Below are positions 1 to 18,320 of a DNA stretch of 64,000 bases, in pieces. The position numbers and the translations under genes are program-made. The notes beneath the pieces were generated by a model, which saw only the letters and a list, made by a program, of their open reading frames with translations, did not search any database and had not been told where the DNA came from. Every line of letters starts with the position of its first letter. Positions within the stretch are counted from its first letter, which is position 1. Origin of the DNA: Podarcis pityusensis (lineage: Eukaryota); assembly GCA_964106645.2 (NCBI GenBank), contig OZ067044.1; one strand, given 5' to 3'.

Positions 1-57
1 CAAGGACTAGATGATGATACTCCACTTCATGATTCTGCAAGTAGCGGACATAGAAAA
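1..57 (+). CDS. ANKRD12: ANKRD12 coding exon (5'-truncated by window edge), ankyrin repeat: QGLDDDTPLHDSASSGHRK
   Basis: Ankyrin TPLH motif matching the ANKRD12 N-terminal repeats; donor GTATGT at 58; phase 0 joins exon at 3630. Confidence 0.93.
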
Positions 58-559
58 GTATGTACCATTCATGCAGTAAATAAGCAATCCCCATATAGAT
101 ACAGTGGTCCAAACTAACTAAACAAAATCTACAGAGGATTTCTAGACACTAACTTGGGGGACTTCCAGCACACCAGTGGAACTGCCACTGCATCCTATAC
201 TGGTTCAGCCTAGGAGCAAAAGGAAAAAGGGAGACCTCAAAACATTCAAAAACAGCAGGGAAAACACGTAGTGCCCCAGTGACCTAGAAAGACCCTCAAA
301 CAAGTTATGCTGGCAACAACACCAGTATGCCAGAAATGTGCTGAGGGAGCCAGTGAACTCACAATAATGTGGGCACGCCCTAAGCACATATCTTTGCATC
401 ACAGCACAATGCGTACAGCACCAGACAGAAATCAGACACATCATGGTGCATTTGTCTCTTCGCTGCCCCCAAATTTAGCACGTTTATAGATTCCAGTAGC
501 ACCAGTGCTACAGGGGGAGTCCTAACTGGCTGAAATGGGTTATGTTCAAGGGAAGGAGA

Positions 560-685
560 GTAGAGCATCTGTTTTGCATGCAGAATGTCCCAGGTTCAGT
601 GTCCAGCGTCTCCAGATGGAACTGGGAATGCTCCCTGTCTGAAGCCTTTGATAGTCACTGCCAGGCTAGTGTAGATAATACTCAT
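560..685 (+). mobile_element. Degenerate tRNA-derived SINE fragment (second family)
   Basis: GTAGAGCATCTGTTTTGCATGCAGAATGTCCCAGGTTCA tRNA-Ala-like head; related 3' piece at ~23685-23775. Confidence 0.6.
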
Positions 686-1493
686 CCTGACCATAAGAAA
701 GGTAGGGAACACCCAATCCAATTGGGAAGAGTGCTGCATGGACCCAGAGCCTGGCTCCTGCATGGGTGAGCCAACCAGCTCACCACACCCCCTGCAACTC
801 ATATGATCAATCTACCCTCTTCCTCATTTAGCATCCCAGCAGCCCTCATTACCCTGCTCTCCATTTCTCCAACTGAGTGCTTCATTCATCCTGGTGTCAG
901 CAGTTATCCCTGTGCCTGACAAACAAGGGAACCTGAGTGAGCAGAGAGAAAGGGGGCCTCTGCTTGACAGCAACTGCTTGACAACATGGTAGCAGTTGAA
1001 GTGTTTCCTGTGGCATTAACTTTTTGTTAGGAGCACCTGTAGCATCACTGTCTATCATGAAGCTTGCCCAGGTGCAGAAGCCTGCCTGGAACTGGTAGAT
1101 TATCAACCCCTGTAGAGGAATAGCAGGGAGCATTCTTAGGTGGTGGGCCTCCTTCATGGTTTCCATAGAACAGAGTGTGGGGTGGATCCTGTACCTGTAG
1201 AGGAGCAAGCAGCAGAAAATTGGGGAGTGGGGACATAGAGGCAGTGGGTAGCTGCTGGAAAGCATAGACCCTGAACCTGGTTGCATAATAGGTGTTTGTA
1301 AGTGACAGAGAAGAGTAAATGATGCCACTTGAGTGTTCTGCTAGCGTAAATGCCTCAGCAGGCGTGGGGGAGACTGCATATACTTGCCCTTTGGGGGGTT
1401 TCACTAGAACTCTGTTTGCAAGGGATGTTACGCTTATGGATGTTTGGCCAGTAATGGCAATGTTTGGGGCAGAGTGCCTGGCCTTCATCAACA

Positions 1494-1743
1494 GAGAGCT
1501 CATCTGTAGTGTGGTGGTTAAGAGCAGTGGACTCATAATCTGGTGAACCAGGTTCGATTCCTGCTCCTCCACATGCAGCTGCTGGGTGACCTTGGGCTAG
1601 TCACACTTCTTTGAAGTCTCTCTGCCTCACTCACCTCACAGAGTGTTTGTTGTGGGGGAGGAAGGGAAAGGAGATTATTAGCTGCTTTGAGACTCCTTAG
1701 GGTAGTGATGAAGCAGGATATCAAATCCAAACTCTTCTTCTTC
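1494..1743 (+). mobile_element. tRNA-derived squamate SINE (Squam3-like), near full length
   Basis: Pol III A/B-box-like head (GTGGTGGTTAAG ... GGTTCGATTCC), CORE-like GCTGGGTGACCTTGGGCTAGTCAC, (TCT)n tail; second copy at 54156-54415. Confidence 0.85.
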
Positions 1744-2249
1744 ATCATCTGCATGTGGGAGGGACAAGTGCTTTCTCTGTGTGTGGAAGACACTGCTTCC
1801 TGCTGTTGAGGAGGGAGGTGTAAGAGGTACTAAAGCAAAACAATTCAGACAAGAAATGCTATTCACATATAACAAAGTGAGAGGAAGACATGGGTGACAG
1901 TTATAACAGTTACACTTCATAGCATGGCTGCCACCTTCTCTTGCATTTCTGGATGGGCTGCTTTGTCCTGGCAGACCCAGTTGTTGGAGTAGAGTATTGG
2001 GTGTTTTGTATCTGGAATCTGAAGCACTTGTAACGTGCAGTGTGCATAGTTTGCATAATGGTAACACATCTCTAAAGTTCATATTGGTGTTCTGGAGACA
2101 AGCAGTTTGGTATGATGTTCTCTCTTTCTTCCAGTAGTGGTGATCTATGGCATAGTGGGTTATGCTGCCCTCTTGTGCCCCAAACCAAGAAACACAGGCT
2201 GTTGACAGTTACTCTCCTCCTCCTCTTGACCAGCCAGTCTCCTGTCTAT

Positions 2250-2447
2250 GCTATGATGCTCTGCTTTCATATCTGGAGGCAGTAATACTTCTGAATACCA
2301 GTTGCTGGGAACCACAGAAGGGGAGAGTTCTCTTGTGCTCAGATCCTGCATGAGGGTTTCCCACAGGCAGCTGGCCAGCCACTGTGAGAACAGGATGCTA
2401 GACTAGATGGGCCATTGGCCTAATCCAGCAGGATCTACTTACATTTT
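2250..2447 (+). mobile_element. CR1-type LINE 3' end fragment (other copies ~40395-40488 +, ~17125-17220 -, ~63410-63490 -)
   Basis: Shared CACTGTGAGAACAGGATGCT...GGCCT(A/G)ATCCAGCAGG...TTATGTTCTTA tail motif in four dispersed copies. Confidence 0.65.
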
Positions 2448-3593
2448 ATATAGAGAGACTTAAAGAAGACTTATGTGTGAGCTCTGAGATACTGCCCCAT
2501 ATCATGCACTCTGTTTCAGTTGTAGCCACTCTCTGTGGGTGTTATATATTGGCAGTGGTGTACAGTTATTGGGTTCTGAAGTACAATGTTCTGCCGTGGT
2601 GAGATTGGCAGGGGCAGTCATTGATAAAAGGGTGGCTTAAACAACACACAACTCCTCAGTGAGACAGCAATTTTTTGCACCAGGTCTAGGGCTGGTATAA
2701 AGTTCCAGTATCAACATGAACATGGCAGCAGTCTGGAGGACTACAGAACAATGTGTAAATATGCCCAAGTTATTTAGCCTGCCATTTTTTACCAGCCTGT
2801 GATGACAGTTGTAGTCTGCATTTCCATGCTGGTCACAAGAGATGGGAAAATTCCCATCTCTATGGCCATCATGAAAATTCAGGATACCAGCTTCTCAGCA
2901 GGCCAGTTTTTATTTTTTAAGTATCTAACAAAGAAGAGATATTGCTGAGGGATGGGTTTCCCTGCACTGAAAAGCAGAAACAAAGCAGACTGGCAGAGGA
3001 AGAATGTTGAAATCCATCCCTTCTCCACCAGCCCATTAACTTTTCTCCATAGAATTCCTGGTGACCTATGGCTACCAAGCAGATAGTTAGGTACAGGGAT
3101 GGTAAGGAACATGGTGTAAATGTCCTCTACCCTTGATCCACCTCTGTCCTGTTCATGACTCCATCCTCTTCTGGCCATTCCATCAGCATATCTTTGTTGG
3201 CAGAGCTGTTCATTCAGCATATTTGGGTATTCTGCCAGCAGGACTGGCATGCCGGTGTCATATCTTGATTTCTGCCAAATACTATAGCCTCTCAGTCAAC
3301 AGAACTTAAGGAAAAGATTGCTTTGTAAAATATGTTACAAGAGTTTAATCTCCTGTGTTGCTTAATTTTTTTTATCTTTGGCACCAATCCACAGATTTAG
3401 AGCAGTCAAAATAAATCAGTGTACTGTTCTGGAGTGTGTTATGTGTGGATTTCAACACTGCTGTCCTACCCTGATTTACTTACTGGTATATAATGTCATC
3501 CATGTATATAGCATTTTACAGAGTGAGATGCTTTAAAAAAACAGGTGTCTGTTTACAATCTAATCACCTCCCAAGGCCTGTTTTTCATGTTAA

Positions 3594-3809
<216 letters not shown>

Positions 3810-4292
3810 TAGTTATACATAAGTGTGTATAGATAATACACAGACTTTCATATTGGTGTGCATATACAGAAAACAGGATCCTTGCAGATAAGTACAGTTA
3901 TACCTCTCAGTGACCTCCCACTGAGTTTTACGGGACAAAGTAATTTGCAGAGACATGGTTCTGTGAAATTATCTCCTACAACTTTGCCCTCAGCTTAGTT
4001 TTGATGAATCATTTTGCTGATTGATCCTCACATTGGACTAAATGGGGCTTACATCTGATTAGATATGCACAGGATTACACTGTTCATCTCTTATGGGCCC
4101 CCCATAACAATAGCTGGGCGTGTTTTCGAATAAAGCATATTTATTCCTTCCCTGCACACTTCCAATTAACATTTGGATGTCCTTCACATGGGCCAGGTAG
4201 ACACAAACTAAAAACTTGCCAAGCCCTTTGGGATTTAACCAGCAAGTTTTTTGTAGTTTTCCAGGTTTTAAAAATAGAGTTTCATAGAAGAC

Positions 4293-4296
<4 letters not shown>

Positions 4297-4340
<44 letters not shown>
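4297..4340. repeat. (TA)n microsatellite
   Basis: Direct reading. Confidence 0.95.
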
Positions 4341-4341
<1 letters not shown>

Positions 4342-4735
4342 CAAGCCTAATTATATATATATTTTTAATAAGCATGTTTCAATCGCTGCTCTTTGGAAAA
4401 GTTATTTTACATATCAAATAAAATGAGCTATTGTAGAGGTGATCTGTCCACTCTGTAAAAGTGTGTGATTTCCTATATATAGATCAACTGCTATTTACAC
4501 AGCTTGACAAGAAACCCCAAAAGACAACAGCAGCACCTAAACACCCACCCCAAAGCCTTTACTTGTAATGAACTTTTTTGCACTTCTTCACACAGTATGT
4601 AGTTAAACTGTGGGATCCAGTGCCAGAAAACATTTAAAAGATGGTTAAAAAGAGATAAAACACATGTAACATACACGTCGTTTTAAAAGTAATATTCACT
4701 GTCATGAATAGTAAATAAATGAATATATTTGTTGA

Positions 4736-9382
<4,647 letters not shown>

Positions 9383-10736
9383 TAATAGAGTGAATTATAT
9401 ACTCTCAGCAATCTCTTAAACTGTTCAGTTCATTCCAGTGTAAGCTAATGGAACCAGATTCCTATTCTGCATAGTAGGAGCATGCGGCAACCATGTTACT
9501 TTTTGCTTGATAGTTTTGCATGCTCCTTGCCACCCCCTGTCCCCATCCCATAACTGTCAGAGGCTTAGTGCTGTCCAGCTGGCCATAGATAAGACTCCGG
9601 GCTCCCAGCCAGTTCCAAACAATTGATTTATTTGACAAGTTCAAACGTACATCTCCAGCGTTTCCATTAGCCTCCTTCCCCTTGTGCGCAGTTGCTCCCT
9701 CTAATCTTACTTCCTCCTTTTCCGCACCCAGCATGCAAGTCTGCGAAAACTCCTCCCCTTACTTCCTCTGTGTACAGCATGACTTGTCCCAGGCTCATCC
9801 TCCTCCCCCTCTACGTCAGACTAGACGACAAGCTGCTGATAATCTCTTTAGGCTCTCTATAACTGCTGGTTTCTGTCCTTTCATCTTTTCCCATTTGCCT
9901 CTCCCTGACAATAACAATAGTATATTTTACTTTCTGCATAAACTAAATGAGAAAGGGGATGTTTTTGCGTAAGGAGAATAGCTATGCTGCTGTTTTCTAC
10001 TTTCTTATTAAATGTAAAACAAATATGTATTTTTGATGCAACCAGCTGATGCCAGAAGGGCCAAGAAAATACTCATGAGTAGCATAGTTTGCTTTCCACA
10101 TTTTTTACAAGATAACTTTACATTGCCCTTTTGGCTCCAGTGATTATGCAACTGGAAAGTTGCTAGGAGGACTTGTTAGCCAGATTTTTGGAGAAGACAG
10201 ATAATGCTGTCAAAAGGTGAAGGAGTTTGGAAGCTTCCACTTCTGTTTAAACAATACATCTGAACCTTAAACTGCAGATTAACTGTTATTATGAACTACG
10301 GTTTACTCAAGTAAGCCAGCTTCTTAAACTACAATTTGAAATTGGCTTTGTTTTTGTAAACAGTTGTTAAAACTAACTGCAGTTTGTCTGGTTCAGAAGT
10401 CAATCTGAAACAGAAACAAGCTTTCAAATTCCTTGCAAGCTGTGCCAGGGAAAAATAGACAAGGCTCACACAGACTTGTCCTGTGCCATGATTTAGTGTT
10501 ACATATGAATGCAGTCCATTGACTTGCATCTGCTTGATGTGCTGCTTTCATATATATAAAGATTCTTCAAACAATGTTTCATGTTAACACAGTAAACTTC
10601 ATATATTTAATTCCGTATTTGTGATACAAATATGTGCATTCGGTGACATTTTAAGCACCATAATTTTTTCCTCCAGTTGACTATGTTATGGCTCTTGCTT
10701 ATGTGTACAGTATTGTATATAAATGATATTGCATGA

Positions 10737-10907
<171 letters not shown>

Positions 10908-11021
10908 TAGACTGATGACTGTATAAAGATGGGCAAGTCTTTTAAAAGTTTTATCGTTTTAAAGAGAAAGGATTAGAATGAAGAAAAACTGTTACATGTT
11001 AAGATTTAAGCACAATATGTA

Positions 11022-11565
11022 CCGTACTTTTCGCTCCATTGGACGCAGTTTTTCCCCTCCAAAAACTGAGTGGAAATGTGTGTGCGTCCTATGGAGCGAA
11101 TACAGGCTTGTGCCATAGCCGCACGCAGCCCCTCCGGCAGAGAGAGGCTGCACGGGGCTATGGCTTCTTTAGCTCCATGCAGCCTCTCCCGGCAGGAGAT
11201 ATTGCGCGGGGCTAAAGAGGAAGCAAAGGCAGCGAGTGGGATGGATCCCGCTCGCTGCCTTGGCTTGTTCCATAGCCGCGCACAACCCCTCCGGCAGGGA
11301 GAGGCTGCACGGGTCTATGGCTTCTTTAGCCCCGCGCAGCCTCTCCCGGTAGGGAGGGATTGCGCGGGGCTAAAGAGGAAGCCAAAGCAGCCAGCACGAT
11401 CCATCCCGCTCGCTGCCTTGGCTTGTTTCATAGCCGCGCACAACCCCTCCGGCAGGGAGAGGTTGTGCGCAGCCTGTACGCTGCTCTTTGGAGCTGGGGG
11501 GGGGATTTTTTTTATTGATTTCCCCATCTAAAAACTAAGTGCGCCCTATGGTGCGAAAAATACGG
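11022..11565. mobile_element. Non-autonomous Tc1/mariner-superfamily (Tc2-like) MITE with internal ~157-bp GC-rich hairpin repeat
   Basis: TA|CCGTACTTTTCGC ... GCGAAAAATACGG|TA termini; units start at ~11105, 11262, 11420. Confidence 0.85.
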
Positions 11566-11926
11566 TAGTTTGTTAAGAAGTTGTTAAAAACTTGCATCTC
11601 CAATCAGAACCTATATATACCTGGGAATTCCTTTAAAGAAAAGGAGAGTTTACACTGTGCTAAGAAATTCATATAAGAAGCCATTCTTACTGGGAAGTTT
11701 TGAAAGTTCTACTTAGATTTCTAAGCCAAGTCTCATAGTATTTTCTGTATGAAATCTCTGTAAATGTGCATGTTTATTGGTATGAATTAATAGAGAGAAT
11801 TAATAGAAATATTACATTTCAAAAATCTTGAAAGTGTACTTCAGAAAAGGAAAAACAATGATCAAATAGTATTTTAATGAAATTTTGTGTTTTAAAACAC
11901 TGATTATTATTTTTTTGTTTAACTAG

Positions 11927-12079
<153 letters not shown>

Positions 12080-12178
12080 TAAAAAGACTGCTTTTAAGGT
12101 TTGGTTTGGAAATAAACCCATAGCTGAAGTTACTTTTTCAAACTAAGTCTAATAAAGTTAACATGAAAACAAGTTTTA

Positions 12179-12800
12179 CCATATTGGCCCGAATATAAGC
12201 TGCACTTTTCCCCAATTTCAGACCCTGAAAGGTTAAAGTGCGGCTTATATTCGTGACTTTTTACCATATGCTGCTGAAAGTGGCTGGGAAGCACACGCAC
12301 TCCCTAGCTGCTTGATGGCGGGAGTGGGGGGAGCAGCATCCGCCTCCCAGCTGGTTGGCAGTGTTCGCTCCCTAGCTGCTTGGTGGTGGGGGTAAGCAGC
12401 GCGACCGCCTCCCAGCTGCTTGGTGGGAGGGGGGAGTGGCACGCCTGCCTCCCAGCTGGTTGGCGGGGGGGAGCATGCGCAGGTCATCCAGCTAGGGAGC
12501 ACATGCACCGCCAAAAAGCTGGGAGGCAGGTGCACCCCCCCCCCAGCTAGGGAGTGCATGCACCACCAACCAGCTGGTAGGTGGGCACCCAGCTCCCCAA
12601 GCCGGTGCCGGCGCTCGGCTCTTGAGTGCGCTGTGTGCCCGCCTCCTGGCATTACCGCCCTGAACGGGGGCGGCCAGCACCGGCTTGGGGAGCGGGGCGC
12701 CGAGTGTCAGCACCGGCTTGGTGGCCACACCTGCAAATAAGCCTTGAATTTTAAGGGTGTGGCTTATATGTGGGTGCAGCATATATTCGGGCCAATATGG
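12179..12800. mobile_element. Tc2-like MITE with GC-rich minisatellite core
   Basis: Perfect 19-bp TIR CCATATTGGCCCGAATATA (27 bp with 1 mismatch), TA duplications at 12177-8 and 12801-2; internal CCCAGCTG(C/G)TTGG repeats. Confidence 0.85.
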
Positions 12801-13507
12801 TATTTAAATTTAATTCTAATTTTAAAAGTTGCTGATTCAGACAGCATACTGCTAGAGTTCTTTAAGAATTCACATATGAAATTGTTCGTTGAATTGTCTA
12901 AACTTCTAGCAACTTGTTCCTAAAATTATCTTCCTTGCTGGACATTTGGAAGGTACCCATTGTAAAACCAATTTGTTAAAAAGGAATCTGTTGAGGATAA
13001 ATTACTCTATTTGGCTAATCTCAGTCCTAGTTAAATTAGTGGGAAACATTAGGCTAGAATTCTTATATAGAAGAACTGGATGCTGAAGACAAATTTGCAT
13101 GGTCTGCAGAGAAGAAAGGTTTTCACTTTTAACTTTTTAAAAATATTGAAAGAGTTTGTGTAAAGTCTTGTGTAAACAGATTTAATCTGGCTCATGGGAG
13201 AATCACTTTTTTCACTCTCCACACTAGGTCAGAAACAGCCTGACTGGAAGAGGCCTTCTGCTAGCGCAGAAACGGCAAGCCTGTGGACCTCCAGGTGTAG
13301 CTAACTCCCATCAACCTCAGCCAGTATGTCCAATGGTCAGAGATGGTGGGAATTGTAGTTCCAACATCTGGTGGGCCACAGGTTCCCCATCTCTGCACCT
13401 AATGGAGACAAGGACACATTTGGATCCAAACTACTATTTTTCATCACTCTTAACATTTTAAAAATATGGGTCTACCATTTTTAGCATTGGAATAAATTAC
13501 TATATAA

Positions 13508-13684
<177 letters not shown>

Positions 13685-14772
13685 TAGAAAGCTGCAATAA
13701 ACCATCTAGCACATGGTCTCCTTCACATTCTTTGTGTCATAGCAAATTCAGGAGAAAATAGATAATACATGTCTTAATTCATTTAGTTGCTCACATGTAT
13801 GGAATAGAACAACACCTGAGTTCCTGCCTCCATGGGTTTCTCAGTTCAGGGAATTTGCAGGGATCACAAACGTGTCAATTTTATTTGTGGAACTGCCTTA
13901 ATATTGCACTGAATGAGGAAGCCAGTACTCAGTGAGTAGACTTCATGTATATCAAGGTGTCAGGAGGATATTCTTAGTGTATCCCGTGTATCCATCCAAA
14001 AGGGTGGGGTAGGGAACAATATGGAGAAGCCCTGAAGTGCACATGGAAGCATTTCCATTCACCTTAAGAATTCTTTTGAAATCATGCCATTGGCATCTAT
14101 GGAATATATGGTGTATGTCTAGAGGGCTTGGACCCAGAATTAAGTGCATGTAACAAGGTTGGCAGTAGCTGACTTCCCCACCCAACCTCCTCTCCACAGC
14201 AGTTCTCCCAAAATACCTAGAAATCTTTCAGGGGACTCTGCTAAATGGGATGGGCTGTGACACAGAGAGATGAGGGTAAAGGGAGGATACCTGAAAATTA
14301 GGTGGGGATACTTTTCATGAGCAGATGTCCTGTTCATGGAAGTTGCCTTTTTAATTACACATGCTTAGTACTGGATCTAATTCAGAGTGAACTGCATATG
14401 TACAGCGTTGAGAAAAGAAAATGGTGCAGAATGAATATCTTTTTCTAAAGACCCCCTTAAAGCAGGAATAGCCAGCATTTTAAAGCTTTAGGTAAAAGGA
14501 GCTGACGCTTTAGCATCTAATTGCTCTAGGGTTGATTTATTAAAAGTGCTAGCATTGTTTTATGGAATATTTAATTGCCTCTAGAATTACAAAAAATAAA
14601 AACCCTATTCAAAACATGAATAGGCTCACAAGTATAAGATCAAATCGTCTCAGGGGTTTGATTGGCCTGTGGACTGTCAAATTGGCCGTCCCTGTCTTGG
14701 AGAATTCAGTATGCGGTTCACATTAAGGTGTACTTGGAATAATTGACTATTCATCTGTTTATTTTGAAATAG

Positions 14773-14958
<186 letters not shown>

Positions 14959-16215
14959 CTGCTAGCATCTCTTTGCTGTCTGTTACAGCTTAACGTTGTG
15001 AAATATATATGTAATTCGTTTAAAAATATAGCACTAATGTGGAATACAGCCTTTTTCAATCTTCCATATATAACATCAAAATGCTTCACAAAATCTCATT
15101 CAATGTTGTAAATGTGCATACCATTTATTACAAATGGTATTTATTTTAGATCCTAGGTCCAAAAAGCATCTTCCCAACAGAGCTATTTATGTACAAAAAA
15201 AAAAAAATCTTTCACTGAAGTTTTAACAGCGCTGGCAGCTGTTACAAAAAAATCTGCTGAAAAGCACTTGCTATTTTATGTTCACTTTAATGATTTTTAT
15301 TAAACTTAAACTCCTACAAAAAACAAAACATCAAGCTGTGGGAAATATTACACGCTTGTGGGAATGTGGGGAGTGAGGGTCTATTCATCTTATATAATTT
15401 ATAGGTTAAATGTACAGTTTTCTTTTTGGAAAAGATGTAATATTGTTTTCATTTTTTAAAATAACTTATTTTATACATATTGCGCAATTGTAAATAATCT
15501 TGTATTTAACGTTCAACCCTGTATAAAAATAGATATTTTAATTGTAAAACTGTTTTGTCTAATGTTTTATTGGACCAAAGTTGTTGTTTCTTATGTGTAG
15601 TGTATAGGCAATTTTCTTTTAAAAGGCATGTATTTGATTTAGCTACTTGTTCCATCACCATAACTGTTAAGATTTGAGACTGAGTGGTATTGCATGCTAG
15701 CTCAGTTCAGGTTTTTTCCTACTGTGTGGTACCTAAATGATTGCAACATACGGTGCCAATCCACCAAGCACTGCTTCTGTACAGCATCCATTTATTCAGA
15801 GGAATTTGCATGAGTGTCCCTTTCAGTGTGGTTGCAGCAGTGCTTAATGGATTACACTTTGACTTCCTAGAGCCATTTGTCTTTTGCTATGCTGCTGTAA
15901 TGCCATGCCTATGACTTACTATGAAGAGTATTATGTTTAAAATCTTAAAAGATTATAAATCTGCTCTTACATTGTGGTCTCAAAACAAGCCTTTTAGTGT
16001 CCTGCTTCTCCCTTACAAATGCCTCTCAATGAAAAATTGTACATTGTCTATTTTAATATTTACCTATTAAAGCATATGTAAATAGTTGTAAATACAATGT
16101 TTAATAAATTCTATTGGTCATGCTAACAGATGGTTGAATCCTTGTGATGGTGAAATTTTCATTCTTGAAGTTTTATACACTTTGACAAAAATAAATCTTT
16201 GAAAGTTCCATGATA
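14959..16215 (+). other. ANKRD12: ANKRD12 3' UTR (AU-rich), candidate poly(A) signals AATAAA 16103-16108 and 16190-16195
   Basis: AT-rich sequence after the stop with no obvious repeats; TGTAAATA motifs at 15489, 16077, 16087; end inferred from hexamers only. Confidence 0.6.
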
Positions 16216-16454
16216 AGATTGTAGTTTTATATTCTGACCAATTCTCCATTTTTTGTGAAGAACTGACTAATAATATAATGTTCTTATTGTACTATTAGAA
16301 TGACTGCCATTATGACTGGGTATACGTTATGTGGAGGGAGGGATTCTGGATGTGCCTAGGGAGACGTGGATCCAAATCCTCAGTCACTATGTCTCAGCTT
16401 AAGCCTATCTGAGCTCCTGGGGGGAACTCTGTTAAGTTGTCCCAGGAGAGTATT

Positions 16455-16702
16455 TTTGTTGTTGTTGTTAAATCATTTTAATTAATTTTCCAATAAAAGA
16501 ACATCCAATTATCATATCAAATTATAATCCAATTAAAATAAAAAACTAAAATAAAAAGACCAAATTATCATCCAAATTATAATTATTAATTTTTCGGGAC
16601 TTCCCATAGCCTGGACCTTGAAGCATATCTCCAAGTCTCAATCCTGCTTCTCCTCGTTGTTTCCATATTTTCCACATTTCGATTTTAACGCTTTAACTCA
16701 GA
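16455..16702 (-). mobile_element. Probable 5'-truncated LINE (L1-like) 3' end
   Basis: Flanked by AGAGTATT direct repeats (16447-16454, 16703-16710); T/TTG-rich left end equals an A-rich tail on minus strand. Confidence 0.45.
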
Positions 16703-18251
16703 AGAGTATTAAAATACATTGTCCTCTGTGTCCTATCCCTGTTGGTGATGGTCAGACCACTCCACTATAAGGGAGTTTGCTCATGCTAAATTTGTCAAAA
16801 AGTTTAGTGTTTTATTTTCCCTAGTGTGAATGAATAACAAACACAAAATTAACCTTCCTTTGTAAGGTTAACAAGAACATTGAGAAACCCTAGTGACTTT
16901 GGGTGGGAGGAGGTGAAGAGGGGCAATTTTTGCTGTCTCTGATATGTCTCCCAAATTGGAGGCTCTTTGCCATCTACTCAAGGGAAGCTCATGAAAACTG
17001 AGTCCATCCCTGTCTGCATAGACTCTTTCATCTACAGAAATGTGTCCCTTAGTCATGCCAAAAGTGTGACTAATGTTTCAAGAGTGTGACACAGAGAATG
17101 TTGGAAATCGTTAGATAGATGGATTAAGAACATAAAAAGAGCCTTGTTGAACTAGATTGAGATCCATCTCACACAGCGTCCTGTTTTCAAGTATGGCCAA
17201 CCAGATCCCTCTGTGAAGCCTTCCTTATTCTTTGTCTCTGGCACTGTCTATTCCAAAGACAGAATAACTCCAAACAAGGACTTCAATTTGGCTGCTATGC
17301 TGATTGCTGTTGATAGCTATGTGATGAACTACTATTTCTTGCTATTTTTGTTTTAAACTATTTAATCAAAGTACTTTCTAAGCAGTGTAGAAATTGTAGA
17401 TGGAGCATAACTAAACTAATGTGGTCATTGTGCATTTTTGCTGCATGTAGAGGGGATCTGGTTGTAGCATCCAAGTGTATAAACATGTCAAAATTCATGT
17501 ATGTGGAATATTCACACAGAAAGTGTGTGATGCTTGTATTAATTCAGACACAGGATGCTTGTATTAATTCAGAAGCTAACCCAGCAGAATAGGCACACAG
17601 ATTCTTCATTTTCCTATTGCTGATTAAAATGGGATAAGCACAGAAGCAGCAAAGTGGCACAAAGTTTCCCAGCGCGTTTTTGTGTTTTGGCACATTGTTT
17701 GCTCCCAGAGAAATGGTGTTTGGAGTATACACGCCACAGGCAGAACACTAAGCTGGAATTTCGCTAGGAACTTCTGTTTCCCATGGACAGTATTCAACTA
17801 TCATGTCCTATCAGCACAAGAATTCCTGCTTCCACAACAGGACTTTCCACCTTCTCCCCACACTTTCCCTGAACCTTCCCTATATCTGCTCCATAGAGTT
17901 GGGGGGACTCCTAGAACAAATTGGGAGTGAAATGAAGGTAGGAGAGGGAGAAAACATTCTGTGGCACAAGCAGAAATCCTTGCACTTAAAGGATGTTCAC
18001 ATAGTACTACATTGGACACAACTCTACATGTTTATTCACCACGCGGATGTTCTTGACGTTCAGGTTTGAAAAGGATGTTGTTGCTGTTTAGAGAGTATGA
18101 TGGGCCAATAATTGCACACTGCTAGCTCTCTGGTTAAGCACCATATAATATTCTATATAGTTCCTTGGGACATCGCTCTAAAGTAAGGAATGTAAACAGT
18201 TCCCTGGGGCATCCAACATCAAATTTCAAGAGGCACCATCATGCACATTCT

Positions 18252-18273
18252 TGTGTGTGTGTGTGTGTGTGTA

Positions 18274-18318
<45 letters not shown>
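18252..18318. repeat. Compound (TG)n(TA)n microsatellite
   Basis: Direct reading. Confidence 0.95.

Positions 18319-18320
<2 letters not shown>

Noticed and set aside
1494-1570. tRNA-like A/B boxes (also ~560-600 and ~54345-54415)
   Set aside because: SINE heads continuing into SINE bodies, not tRNA genes.
897-1572. 143- and 175-aa minus ORFs in the first intron, with a short imperfect duplication (~735-765 vs ~1260-1290)
   Set aside because: No homology recognised; one ORF starts in a SINE; the duplication is short and degenerate.
17529-17573. 20-bp local tandem duplication (similar ones at ~27156, ~30963, ~55103)
   Set aside because: Ordinary slippage duplications with no sign of function.
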